Origin: Antedon mediterranea
Lineage: Eukaryota; Animalia; Echinodermata
Direction of reading: 5' to 3'
Length of the DNA stretch: 64,000 bases
Assembly (NCBI RefSeq): GCF_964355755.1
Contig: NC_092670.1
Span: 2,098,201-2,162,200, forward strand
Positions 53,059 through 64,000 of the stretch are shown piece after piece. Below the pieces are notes generated by a model. That model worked only from the letters and a program-made list of their open reading frames with translations, did no database searches and was not told the origin of the DNA. The first letter of the stretch is position 1; every line of letters starts with the position of its first letter. Made by a program: the position numbers and the translations under genes.

Positions 53059-54114
53059 GTAGGATACTAAGTAAGAAGTTGCTGCGCCCTCAGTTTGAGG
53101 CTGTTCTTTCACGAAAAAGCTGCAAACAAAAACAACAAAATTTAAATAGGAATGTGGTATTTTTAAATATTTCAACTAACGATTTTAATTAAAATACATG
53201 TACATACATTAAACCTTAATACTATTTCTATTTGAAAAAAAAAACCTTTAGACCTAATACAAAGATATATAGCCAGAGTGGTTGTTTCAAGTGATATTAG
53301 AGATCACTGGGAAAGCTTCTATTCAAGATATTTTGTTGTTGTGTATTTTTAAAATATCAAATGTGTTCTTGTTTGCCACTAGAACATAAAGTGCAATATA
53401 GAAAATAACTTAAACATTTATTACACAGCATTTGTGTATGGTTAAACAATGTAAATTGATAAAAGTGTAATTTGGAGTTTTGGATAAACATAGAAATAGC
53501 ACATTTTTTTGGGGGTTCACTGTTTACGAACTGTCTTCACTTATCTTCGCGCTTTTATTTCCGAAGAGTGTGCGATTTAAAAAAATTTTAGTTTTTTAAG
53601 CATACTTGACGAGTTTTCTTTGATTGCAGTATTATCAGTGTTGTAGCGAATGATTATGTTTTGTTTAAATAACAAATTTAATTCCCCTTTAACCCTCGAT
53701 ACAAAAATCTACGGATAAAATATGTAATACAAGTCAAAGCTACTTTAGTATGAATTAAACATATTTTATATGAATATTCCAGTTTAAATTTGATTTTATG
53801 ATGATCATTTTGAATATAATAATGAAACTAAATTTCATAACAGATAACGAGAAAGAAATAAATAGCATTAATATAAAACATCTGAAATTATTAAAGATAT
53901 CAATTTATGAATATCTAATTATACATGTACGAGTATATTATACATGATAAATAATTTATCAGACCTAATTTTTTTATGCCTTTAATACCTTTGTTATACC
54001 GTACATAATTTGTACAAACTCTATTATACCGCTCAGCGATATACTGAAAAGTATGAAAATTGATTAATTTTTAAACTTATAAAATGAAGAAATATCGTCG
54101 AAATGAGAGAAAAA

Positions 54115-54192
54115 AGCCTCACCCAACAAGATTTGAACTCTGAATCTTCTTATTGATATGCACTTGCCCTCTTACCATTAGACCACTAGGCT
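54115..54192 (-). mobile_element. tRNA-derived SINE head or tRNA pseudogene
   Basis: Minus strand AGCCT-AGTGGTCTAATGGTAAG..GAGTTCAAATC..AGGCT: A and B boxes present, anticodon arm degenerate. Confidence 0.5.
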
Positions 54193-56415
54193 TTAATGGT
54201 ATAATTGGTTTATATATATATATATATATAAATTATTATACTAAAATTGTGTTTAATTTTTATAAAAATAACATAAATTTGTTGGTGTAGAGGGATGTTT
54301 GTCTATTGCACACCTTGCATAAATGAGGGGTCTAAATACGCCTGTATCTAATACACAACCTTATACTGTAGGTGTCAGATTCTTTTACTAGAAAAAATGC
54401 ACTGCATATTTTTCTACACACATTTTCATAGTAATTTCTGGTTGTTATATCAATATTTTGCCATTTATAGTGATGCAAATAGTTTACTTAATTAACCCAT
54501 CCAATATATTAACATATTTAGCTTACATTTATAAAAACTAATGTTTATTAACATAACATAATTTAAGTGCAATTTAATATAGTATTATATTTTGTATTAT
54601 ATGACATCATATGTCCATATTTGGTGTATAAAAATTACAATGTGTATATTCATTAGGATTCAGTGACTAAGTTTATATATGTAGGTCTTGTTCAATCATA
54701 ATTTCCGATCCATAAAAGGCAAGTTTTGACTTTCCTGCAATTTGGAGAAAAGATGTCATTTAGGACAAATTTTTCATTTTTAAAATTTATTAGAATGACT
54801 AATTAAGATCGAATTATTATTATTATTTTTTTTGCTAAAGTCTTTTTTATGAGACGGAGAATCTGTCTGCCATTCTGATATGACCTTACTGTATCTCTGT
54901 AAAGGGGCTTTGACTTTAAAATAGCCTGGGACATCAAGACTAGAATAAAGAATAATTGCATGCCCGTTAAGTAGCTTAGTATGCGTTGCTGTTCACTTGC
55001 TTTACAGCATTTAAACTACACAAACCATGCATTACATTTATCACTGGATGATGTACTGTAATATTTAACATTAATTTCTTGGTATCTTTATTTAGAACAA
55101 CATCTCTAGTAATGGAAATTCGTGTTTGTAATTGTTTGAAAATTGTATTGTCATTCTCGAAAGAAGTACATTTGGTTTGCTTCCCTGATGAAATTGACGA
55201 TCAATATCTTTGACTTACCGCCAGCCCCGAGACGTTCATCTATAACTGTGTACTTAATATTTGATCAATCATGTGATATTGATTTTCCGGTGTACTCGTT
55301 TGGTGTTAGATACCTCGTACATTGATTAAATGTCCAAGATCGTCCTTTGTCATATCAAAAAGCCCTTATTTAAATTCAAGTGTTGCTATATTAATGAAGT
55401 AATTTCTCTCCTTTCTACATAGTAATATTTGAGATAGAATTGAATCCTATCACAAGAAAGTAAACATACAAACTAGGACATCCTATAAACCTAATTTAAA
55501 TATTATTTGTAAAAAAAATTATATATCTAGGCCTATATTATATTATATTTGAGTGAATTAATACCTCTTCTTTCTGTATTTCATAAACTTTATATACTGT
55601 AATATTATAAATAAACGTTAAAATTTAAAATGTATTACAAAGACCAGAAAGCAGGATTATTTAGAGAGTGCTAATATATTATTAATATTCTTTCAAAAAT
55701 AGATATTTAAAAAAAAAGTTCTTAACTTCATTTTACCTGTCTGACCCTGGATATGGGGTCATTCAGCTAATTTAAACTAATTGTTAAAATGTACTGCATA
55801 ATCTCATAATTGGAATATTTTCATTCATTTTTTTATATGCAAGATCAAAGCCAAACAAATTTGACTCTTCGTGTTCTGGGCTTACAATAGGCTGTTAGAA
55901 AATACAGGACAAATAATATATGGTCAACTCTATCACAATCGAACACTATTGGGCTGGCCCAAAATGTCAGTGATTTTGAGAATACATTTTTAATATTAGA
56001 CCTAGAACAGAATTTAGAACCTTTGTGTTGCGTATACTGTAACACACCATCTATATACCAGTGAAGGCAAACACTAGATTTAATGACTTGAATGTCTCAC
56101 TGAAGTGCAATTAATTAATACAACCACTCAAATACTGTATCTATATAATTGCTTTTGACAATGTTAATGTAGGCCTATATGCAATTAACTGATGTATCCA
56201 GATTTTTGGTCAAATTTGTTGTCCAATTTAAAAACAACCCAAATTGAGATAATTAAGTGACCTTTATTAGGATATATTAAAGCCTGACACTCAAAGCTCT
56301 AACAATGGTTTTCTACTGTTGTTTTTGGATGTAAAGGCATCAACTAATTGCATTTAAGGTCGTTGTAGCTAACCAATCAATCCGTCATGCTCTGGGCAAC
56401 CTGACTGTATCTTAA

Positions 56416-57041
56416 AGACCCCTTCCCTGCAATTTTGGACGTTTTTTGGAAAATAATACATATATATCACTTTAAAAACATTAAACCATGTCATTCCTTG
56501 TCTTAAATGTACGTTTTATGGTAAATTATGATAAAAAGTGAGAAACAATGCACTACCTAAGTAGCTCGCGGCGATCGACCTCTCGTGGACGGTCTTAGGC
56601 CTAGCCTGGCTAGGCTTAGTTTTGTAGGCCTAGCTGGTAAACATCGGTAACGTGCGAACATCGTACGCTAGCTATATACCTAGCCTGACGTTGTATAGTT
56701 GCTGCATTAATTGTCTTTCTATTTTTGCCAGACTCCGTTGATACAAATTGGGGAAAACCCGGTATTTTCGCTGAAAAATTAGGAGTCTTCCATTTATTTT
56801 GGCCTCACGATCGATCGAAAAGTGGGCGAATTACAGGTGAAAAACAAAAATATCAATCCGCGCGCAATGCATTTTGGGATTTATAGCGGGCCGCTATAAT
56901 TATTAAAATCGACTTATTTTTCACATTTTTAACCGTTTAAAGACAAAAAAAGTTATCGCAATAGGACCATATAGTATTATTTTTACATTAAATATAGTTT
57001 GTGATCTTAAATTAGATCTAAAAAACGTAGGGAATGGGGCT
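56416..57041. mobile_element. Non-autonomous DNA transposon with TTAA TSD (Kolobok-like)
   Basis: TTAA|AGACCCCTTCCCT...AGGGAATGGGGCT|TTAA imperfect TIRs; CpG-rich interior unlike the flanks. Confidence 0.6.
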
Positions 57042-57639
57042 TTAACACCACCAATGAGTGGCTAGATATCGGACTTAATAGTATAACTCCAACCTGTTTA
57101 ACAGCCACAGCTATTTAGCTATCATAATATACATTAATTAACAGAAACAGTAATCAGTATTTTGGTAATAAATATTTTACATTATTTCAGTCTTAGCAAT
57201 TTACATAACAAACAACATTAAGAAACTAAACAACATTAAGAAACTAAACAACATTAAGAAACTAAACAACATTAAAATAAAACATTACTAAAGATGTATT
57301 ATTTAGATTAGGATGGAATATGGAGCTTATATCTAGACTGCCCCCAAGCTGTATGTATTTGGCTCAATACCTAATTATATAGTGAAATTGTGTTATTTAT
57401 TTAAATATACCATATTTAAACATTTTATTTGAAACATGTTTATTTTGAGAAAAAAAAGTACAAAGTTGACTTTGTCGTCGTTTAGTACAATTTATTTGCT
57501 TCCTTAATCGTCTCTCCATTCTCCACTTTTTTTGGTCATCTCTAAAATTTTATTTTCCAAGATTTTATAGTATGTTACTTGTTTTGACAGGACCCATTCC
57601 TCCCTTCTTCTAACATCATCAGTGACCTTAGAATAGGAA

Positions 57640-57894
57640 TATCTTTCATCTTCATTTGCATCTGACTTCGAGTAACTCGCCAATTACAGGATGGATAAAC
57701 TATTTAATTTAATCATTTATCATCCTTGTAAAGTCTCATTTGAGGCTTAGGGAGTGGAGTTGAAAGAGTTGTGAGTTACAACTCTGGCACTAGGTCAGGA
57801 TGTTGTGAGTTACAACTCTGGCACTAGGTCAGGATTGAACCCCGGACCTTGGGGTTGGAAGGCAAGCATGCTAACCACCAAGCTGCAGCTCCAC
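57640..57894 (-). mobile_element. tRNA-derived SINE with an internal ~34-bp tandem duplication
   Basis: Minus strand AGCTTGGTGGTTAGCATGCTTGCCTTCCAA..GGGTTCAATCC (A/B boxes); GTTGTGAGTTACAACTCTGGCACTAGGTCAGGAT is present twice. Confidence 0.6.
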
Positions 57895-58953
57895 TACAAT
57901 TATGGAATATGTGCCCATTCTGTACTTACTGTAATATCCATTAATTATTAAGGCCACAAACCTTATAATATTATTTTAAAACTTTTAAAGATTTTTTGTA
58001 AACTCTAAAATTAACAATTCTATGCACAAAACTTTGTAATTAAATATATACAGACTTAGATTTTCTTTGTAAATAATATACTCAATATTTTTCTCATGTT
58101 TTTTAATAATGTTGTTTTCAATAATGAATGTATATACTTAATGTATAACCTATTTAATTTTTTGTATATACAAATGAATATAGTGTATATAATATGCGTG
58201 TTACAGTTTTGAATATACTGTGACTCTAACTTTTTAACATAGTTTAAAATCAAATATATGGTGTATGTTTAGTTGGTTGTTGTGGGAGTTTACGATTGTT
58301 GGACAAAATGATCACACTTGGTCAGAAAAATAAAAAAAAATTTTCATCATATTAGACACAAGCAAAAAAAAGTTTTTTTTTCATTATCAAAAAAATATAT
58401 AAATTACCATAATTGTGTGTAACATTAACAACCATAATGGTATCAGTATAAAATATAGATAAATTTAATTATGAGAAAGTTAAAAAAAATTTACAAATTA
58501 CCATTGAGGAATAAATATAAACGATTTATTAATATACATAATAGTATTAAAATACAACTAACACAACATTAACTATTGAAAACTTGCAAATCCGCACAAT
58601 AAAAAAAATAATTTGAACTTGAACAATTTTCTCTAAAAAAGTATGTGTCAATAATGTTGGTGATTATTATTTTACTTGCTGCGCCACAATACATCTTTGT
58701 TTGTATCGCATTATGATCGGTAGTTGCGCTGTCTGATAAAAAAATAACTATGTGAAAATATCACGCATGAGATCGACACGGTTATTTCACCTCAATAAGT
58801 CTGTCATTTCATGAAACTTGAATTGACAACCAATGATCATTATATATAATATGCAAATATTATTCTGTAATCCGATAGCTTCTAGTCAAATCAAATCTGA
58901 ATGAGAATGTATATTTTTCTTTCTGTACTTCAAAATATTGAAGTCTATTTAAT

Positions 58954-59078
58954 CAGGTGCGGATTCAGCATTATAGATTAGGGGGCTAAATAAATGATCC
59001 GTCGGGTTGCAGAAAAATAAAAATAGTCATTATTTTATTTTAAAAAGCCTGTTTAGCCTTCGCCTAAACCCGCGCCTG
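58954..59078. mobile_element. Short MITE (CAGG...CCTG); second copy at 61754-61895
   Basis: CAGGTGCGG...CCGCGCCTG termini; shared core AAATGATCCGTCGGGTTGCAGA..TAGTCATTATTTTATTTTAAAAAG. Confidence 0.65.
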
Positions 59079-59082
59079 TTAA

Positions 59083-59437
59083 TGTTGGTTAACTGGAAAC
59101 CAGTTGGTTAACTGAACACCAATTGGTTAACTGGATTACAGTTAGTTAACTGGAAACCAGTAGGTTAATGAACATCAGTTGGTTAATTGGACTACAGTTG
59201 GTTAACTAAATGACAATTGGTTAACTGGAAACCAGTTGGTTAACTAAACACCAATTGGTTAACTGGATTACAGTTAGTTAACTGGAAACCAGTAGGTTAA
59301 TGAACACCAATTGGTTAACTGGACTACAGTTGGTTAACTAAATGACAATTGGTTAACTGGAAACCAGTTGGTTAACTAAACACCAATTGGTTAACTGGAC
59401 TACAGTTGGTTTACTGGATTACCTGTTGGTTAAATGG
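59083..59437. repeat. ~19-20-bp minisatellite with palindromic GTTAAC core
   Basis: CAGTTGGTTAACTG variants repeated about 18 times, with a higher-order block. Confidence 0.85.
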
Positions 59438-61753
59438 AATTTTGTATGCTATATTTTTAATGTTTTTTAAAATGTATTTATTAATAACGTAATAATTCAA
59501 AGATGATATTTCTTGATTCAGATTTGTTTTCTTTTTGTCAAAATTCAACAAATTATTTGCAGGTCTTATCAGCTAATGCAAAAGAGGATTTTGAAAAAAT
59601 AAATATTTGCTATATAGGTATAACTTCCTTTTTTTTTTATCCAATTCGAGAAAATAAATAAGTACAAATATTGATAGTACTTTCTTGTACGGTTTTGATC
59701 AAACGAAAAAGAAAGTTAAGTATAGATTATTTATTGAGATCCAAGTAAAATTTAAAAAATATATATATTTGCTTGTTTTTATGCATAATGTTAAAATTGT
59801 ACAGCAAGTAGTTCTGCTTTAAAATATCTTTTAATAAAAAAATGAAATTTTAACATTGTTTCTTGTGGTTTTAACTTTTTATAAATTGCCTTTTAATGAA
59901 ATTTGTTCACAAGATACGGTTAAGCTTTCATTGTATTTGGCAGGTTGTCTTTAAATGTTCAATACAAACAATAAATAAGAATGATGATGCTAATTATGTA
60001 AAATCCTTGACAACATCATTCAGACTCCTTATCTTTATAAAAATAGCTGATGACTCCTCAGCTTGCTATGATTCACCATAAAGGTGATCCACCTCGCATG
60101 ATCGCTCATCATCACTCAATTACCATGGCAACACACTGTCTCCCTAGGATATTTAAACCTATGTTATTGATCGCTTCTTGTTGAGTCGTCTCGCTGCTTT
60201 TGGCATTTGTGCCTGCTCAGTGAAGCGTAACATGACGTGCATATGTACTTCTGATATTAGACTCGGTCAGGTGAGGCGACTATAAATCGCATTTTGAATG
60301 GCAAATGTAAATGATAAAATTCACAATTTATACTAGCATAATTTCAAAACATGCTTGTAAAATATTGACTCGTCCACACATGACATTTTATGTTTTTTTA
60401 TAACAAATGATTTTTAAATTTTAAATCGAAAAGAGATACAGTCAAGGCAAAAGGCACATTAAATGCAGAAATAAACCAAAAGGAAAGGAAATCTATAAGT
60501 TTCCCTGAGTAAAAATTTGCTCTGTTGAAATGTTTTTGGACTTTTTTGGATACAGATCTTTTATTGTCATACAAACCAAGATAGTACAGTATGAAATTTG
60601 TATAAAGTATAAAACATTTCCCAAATCCCTATTCATGAAAAACTGAAAACAATTCTCCTGGTTGCCTCTCACTGCATCCCTCCCCCTCTCTCCCCTTCTG
60701 CCACCTCTCCCCCTCTCCCCTTCTGCCACCTCTCACCCTTCCCCTCATGCCATTCTCTCCCCGCCCCTCTTTCGCCCCCATCTTCCCTAAAAGCATTACA
60801 GTACACACAGTGGCTGTCATATTCCATTTTGGATATGTCCAACAAATGGTGGACTTGCATATAAATCTGTGAGTAAGTATATAAATGGTTACTACAAAGA
60901 ATGGCTGAGTCAAATGGCTGATCGGTTAATGCAGGGCACCGTTTACCGTACCTAACAAATGTTGACATGGGTTTGAGGCCGACTCGCTCTTATTTCTAGT
61001 GGTGGAACATGTTTTCTCTGACTATAAACTCTAGGTCTAACAAAAAATGATATAAAATGTCTATATATTTCAAAGATGGCAATGGTTATGGGGTTATACA
61101 CTGGCTCAAACTGGGCTTAAATCTGAATCAGTATATAAATGGTACATTATGTATTGTCAATGGATATTTTAGCTGATAACTCATGGCATTTTTCTTATAA
61201 TGAAGAAATGACACTTAGTTTAAAAACGATTATCCGTATACACTGAATGAAATTGAGCCAATATAGAATGACAGCCTACAGGAATGAATTTCAATTCTAT
61301 AGCTATCGCCCGTGGCAATCATACATTTTAATCTTACAAATAATATGGGTTTGCATACATTGCTATGGTAACGTTCTTGATACCCAACAACAGATATTTT
61401 ATAATTTATTATTTTAAATAGATATTATAATTCTTATACATTGATAAGATAATTTATTCTTTATTATTATGAAGTCATTAAAATCATATATGTATACAAT
61501 ATTAACATTATGTTTTAATTATTTGTTTAATTTTTATTTATTTTTTTTCAGCATGTCAAATTCAAGTTTCAATAGGCAGTTTACATTTTTTTTCTTTTCC
61601 AAAAAAAAAACATAACTACAGTTTAGTACAACTACAAGATTAGCAAATTTGTGAAAAAAAATATATAAAATATGATTTGAATTATTATCTTAAAAAAAGA
61701 ATTAATTTTGTGTTGCCTTTTGGCAGACAACTACAATAGGGTATTAATTTGAT

Positions 61754-61895
61754 CAGGGGCGGATCCAGAATTATAAATATTTATAAATGATAAAAATGAT
61801 CCGTCGGGTTGCAGATAAATAAAAACTAGTCATTATTTTATTTTAAAAAGACATGGGTCTAAAGCCCGTTTCGCTCCCACCTACATCTGCTCCTG
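61754..61895. mobile_element. Short MITE, same family as 58954-59078
   Basis: CAGGGGCGGAT...ATCTGCTCCTG termini and the shared core. Confidence 0.65.
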
Positions 61896-62364
61896 ACAAA
61901 TTGATATCTGAATGATTTTATGCAAGAATTTAAGTTCAGGAGATTCTATCTTGTATTCTTTTCTATTGACTTCGTTGTGTGTTTCTTTGTATTCCATATT
62001 TGTTATGTAATGTATGCATTGGTAATAATATAAATACAACTCATAATGTAGTTGTCGGTTATTGACCATATTGAGGGCAGGATTACAATTATACTGTTGT
62101 TGACAAAAGATACATGAATTCTACTCTTTCTACCTTTCTTTGTGTCTCTTATTTCTTTTGTACCCCTTGGTGTCATACTGTTTATATTTTACACATTTTA
62201 TCATAGTTTATTAATGTTTATTAATGTTTATATGCGACAAGCAAGACAATTTTCAAGGCCAGCGTGCTTGACGGAATAATATAATTGAATATCTTCACAA
62301 ACTGGGACATGTGTAGCCCTCAGAACCTAAACTATGCTTTATATATATATATTGAGAGAAGGTT

Positions 62365-62471
62365 GATCCCGCAGACCAGCTGAATTTGCAGACCAGCTGA
62401 ACCCACAGACCAGCTGAACTCGCAGACCAGCTGAACCCGCAGACTAGCTGATCCTGCAGACCAGCTGAACC
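62365..62471. repeat. 17-bp minisatellite, ~6 copies
   Basis: (GCAGACCAGCTGAACCC)n. Confidence 0.8.
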
Positions 62472-62500
62472 TTAGTTTTTGGTATTTATTTTAGTTTTAG

Positions 62501-62873
62501 ATTAGGCCCTCCACGGACCCAATGCAGCGCCTACCAGATCAGTACACCGGGAGACAGTACCCTACTCTTTGCGAAAAGTGTACAAAGTTCTTTAATGTGC
62601 ACTATGTACATAGGACCAACAGCTTTATGTCCTATCCGAAAGATGAGACAATGAGAGTAAAACATCTTGCCTAAGGACACAGTTAATATGATACAGATAG
62701 GCTTGGACCCATGCCTATCACATGCTAGTCCGATATTATCATTACACCACCACTCTCCAGTATATACAGCACCCTCCACGACATTCTCCCATCCAGAATG
62801 CAACCAGGCCCAACATTGCTTAACTTTGGTGATTTGATGAGAAACAGTGTTTTAATGCTGTCTATGGTTGTAG
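62501..62873 (-). mobile_element. 5S rRNA + tRNA chimeric SINE, longer copy with a Deu/Nin-like core
   Basis: Reverse complement shows the same 5S, tRNA and CCTTAGGCAAG parts and the same 3' GGGTCCGTGGAGGGCCTAAT as 46879-47166, plus CGGATAGGACATAAAGCTGTTGGTCC..GCACATTAAAGAAC..AAAGAGTAGGG. Confidence 0.8.
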
Positions 62874-63880
62874 TTTTCTAGATTATTTTTGTAGACACAC
62901 TATTTTAGCAAATGAAGTTTATATTGCAAATGTATTTATAAATGTCAAATAGTTTGCAAGTACAGTACCTTTAATTTCATAGTTTTTATACTTTTAACTA
63001 AAATAAATCATAAGCAACTGTTTACTATTTATACAAATAAAATTACAGTATTTAGAAACAATAAATAGAAACATACACATTTGGCATAAGTGCACACTTA
63101 AAGTGTTCATTACAAAAGATTACATGCCGATTTATATACAATACCGTGCCATAACAAATGACGTTCATTTCAGACTGCATCTTGATGCCTGTACATCATA
63201 CCAATACAAATGCTATATGATTTGCACACAAGACAACCTTTGCCTTCATGTTGTTATTTCATTATTTTATAGTTTTAAAGATGTTAAGTTTAAGATGTTA
63301 GTATGGGACGTGCAATTTGTCAACACCAAAAACTGGCATCATACAATAGACATGCATTAAATCATGGAAATTAGTAATTAATCTAAAAGATAACTTTAAA
63401 GTTTAAAATATTAAAGATGTATTATCCCTCAAAAACATGAAAAATGAAGACTAATAAAATCGGACTTTAATAGGTTAAGTTATTCAAAACGAAAAAAAAA
63501 AAATTATTTTTGGTCGGTAAATTTTTTTTCCAATAAAAGTTTTTGGTCAAAGTGAATAACTACCTGTACAGTATTATGTGACAATGACATTGAAATGGCA
63601 TATTTCAAAAATTAATTCTTATTTGGACTAATCATTCCCACTCGTACATAGGCCAACTTTAAATTAATCATTCTTATACTACTAAATCTAGATTTCAGGA
63701 CAAGTCAAATTAATTGGTAAATGCAACTGCTATACTTGCCAATTAAATAAATGGCAGAAAGTGCAAGATGCTCACCTTCATTCTGAAGGGTAGTTGGTTC
63801 TAATCATGTTTAGTCAAAGTGATTGTTTTATCTCTATAATATTTTATTTACAATTAAATTGATATTACTATGTATCTTCT

Positions 63881-64000
63881 TTATGACTCTTCCATTGGAC
63901 TTTGCGATTGTGACTCCGTCATTTTAGATATCATGTCTGTAACGTCTGTGTGGCCCATATCGTTAGCCAAGTCCAGCGGGGTTATTCCACCCATACTAGC
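63881..64000 (-). CDS. Terminal exon (partial) of an ankyrin-repeat protein
   Basis: Minus strand reads ASMGGITPLDLANDMGHTDVTDMISKMTESQSQSPMEES*; G-x-TPL-x-LA-x3-GH-x-DV matches the ankyrin consensus. Too short for the ORF track. Confidence 0.7.
   Translation of the reverse strand, partial: ASMGGITPLDLANDMGHTDVTDMISKMTESQSQSPMEES

Noticed and set aside
57815-57894. tRNA-Gly(TCC) gene on the minus strand
   Set aside because: The acceptor stem does not pair and the sequence continues into a SINE-like body.
60493-60968. G/R/E-rich minus-strand ORFs
   Set aside because: Produced by a polypyrimidine low-complexity tract; no domain signal or convincing splice context.

Overview
AT-rich, intron-rich eukaryotic DNA from an invertebrate, probably a marine deuterostome such as an echinoderm (inferred from the repeat families; not provable here). 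All coordinates were read by eye. The dominant feature is a complete ~25.6 kb Ginger1-type DNA transposon (11100-36735) with 55-bp TIRs (TGT...ACA, 1 mismatch) and a 4-bp ACGA target-site duplication. It carries one apparently intact gene of about 50 exons (~1150 aa): Gypsy-like integrase (HHCC, D,D35E, GPF), an acidic linker, a Ulp1/C48 protease, a PHD finger and a PARP-like zinc finger. Two internal structures stand out: (i) a ~131-bp tandem array in which every unit is a 27-nt phase-1 micro-exon (DNITEPQEP) plus its own GT-AG intron, and (ii) a ~6.5 kb array of ~93-bp hairpin units, each a copy of the element's own left TIR. Nested inside are a foldback, a solo LTR, a mini-Helentron, a MITE and a LINE 3' end. 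Left of the element is the 3' part of a mosaic PAN/kringle/EGF/YWTD/LDLa gene whose last LDLa repeat is frameshifted by a 4-bp duplication. Right of it are a 4-exon claudin/PMP22-like gene, two 5S+tRNA chimeric SINEs, minisatellites, MITEs and the last exon of an ankyrin-repeat gene on the minus strand.
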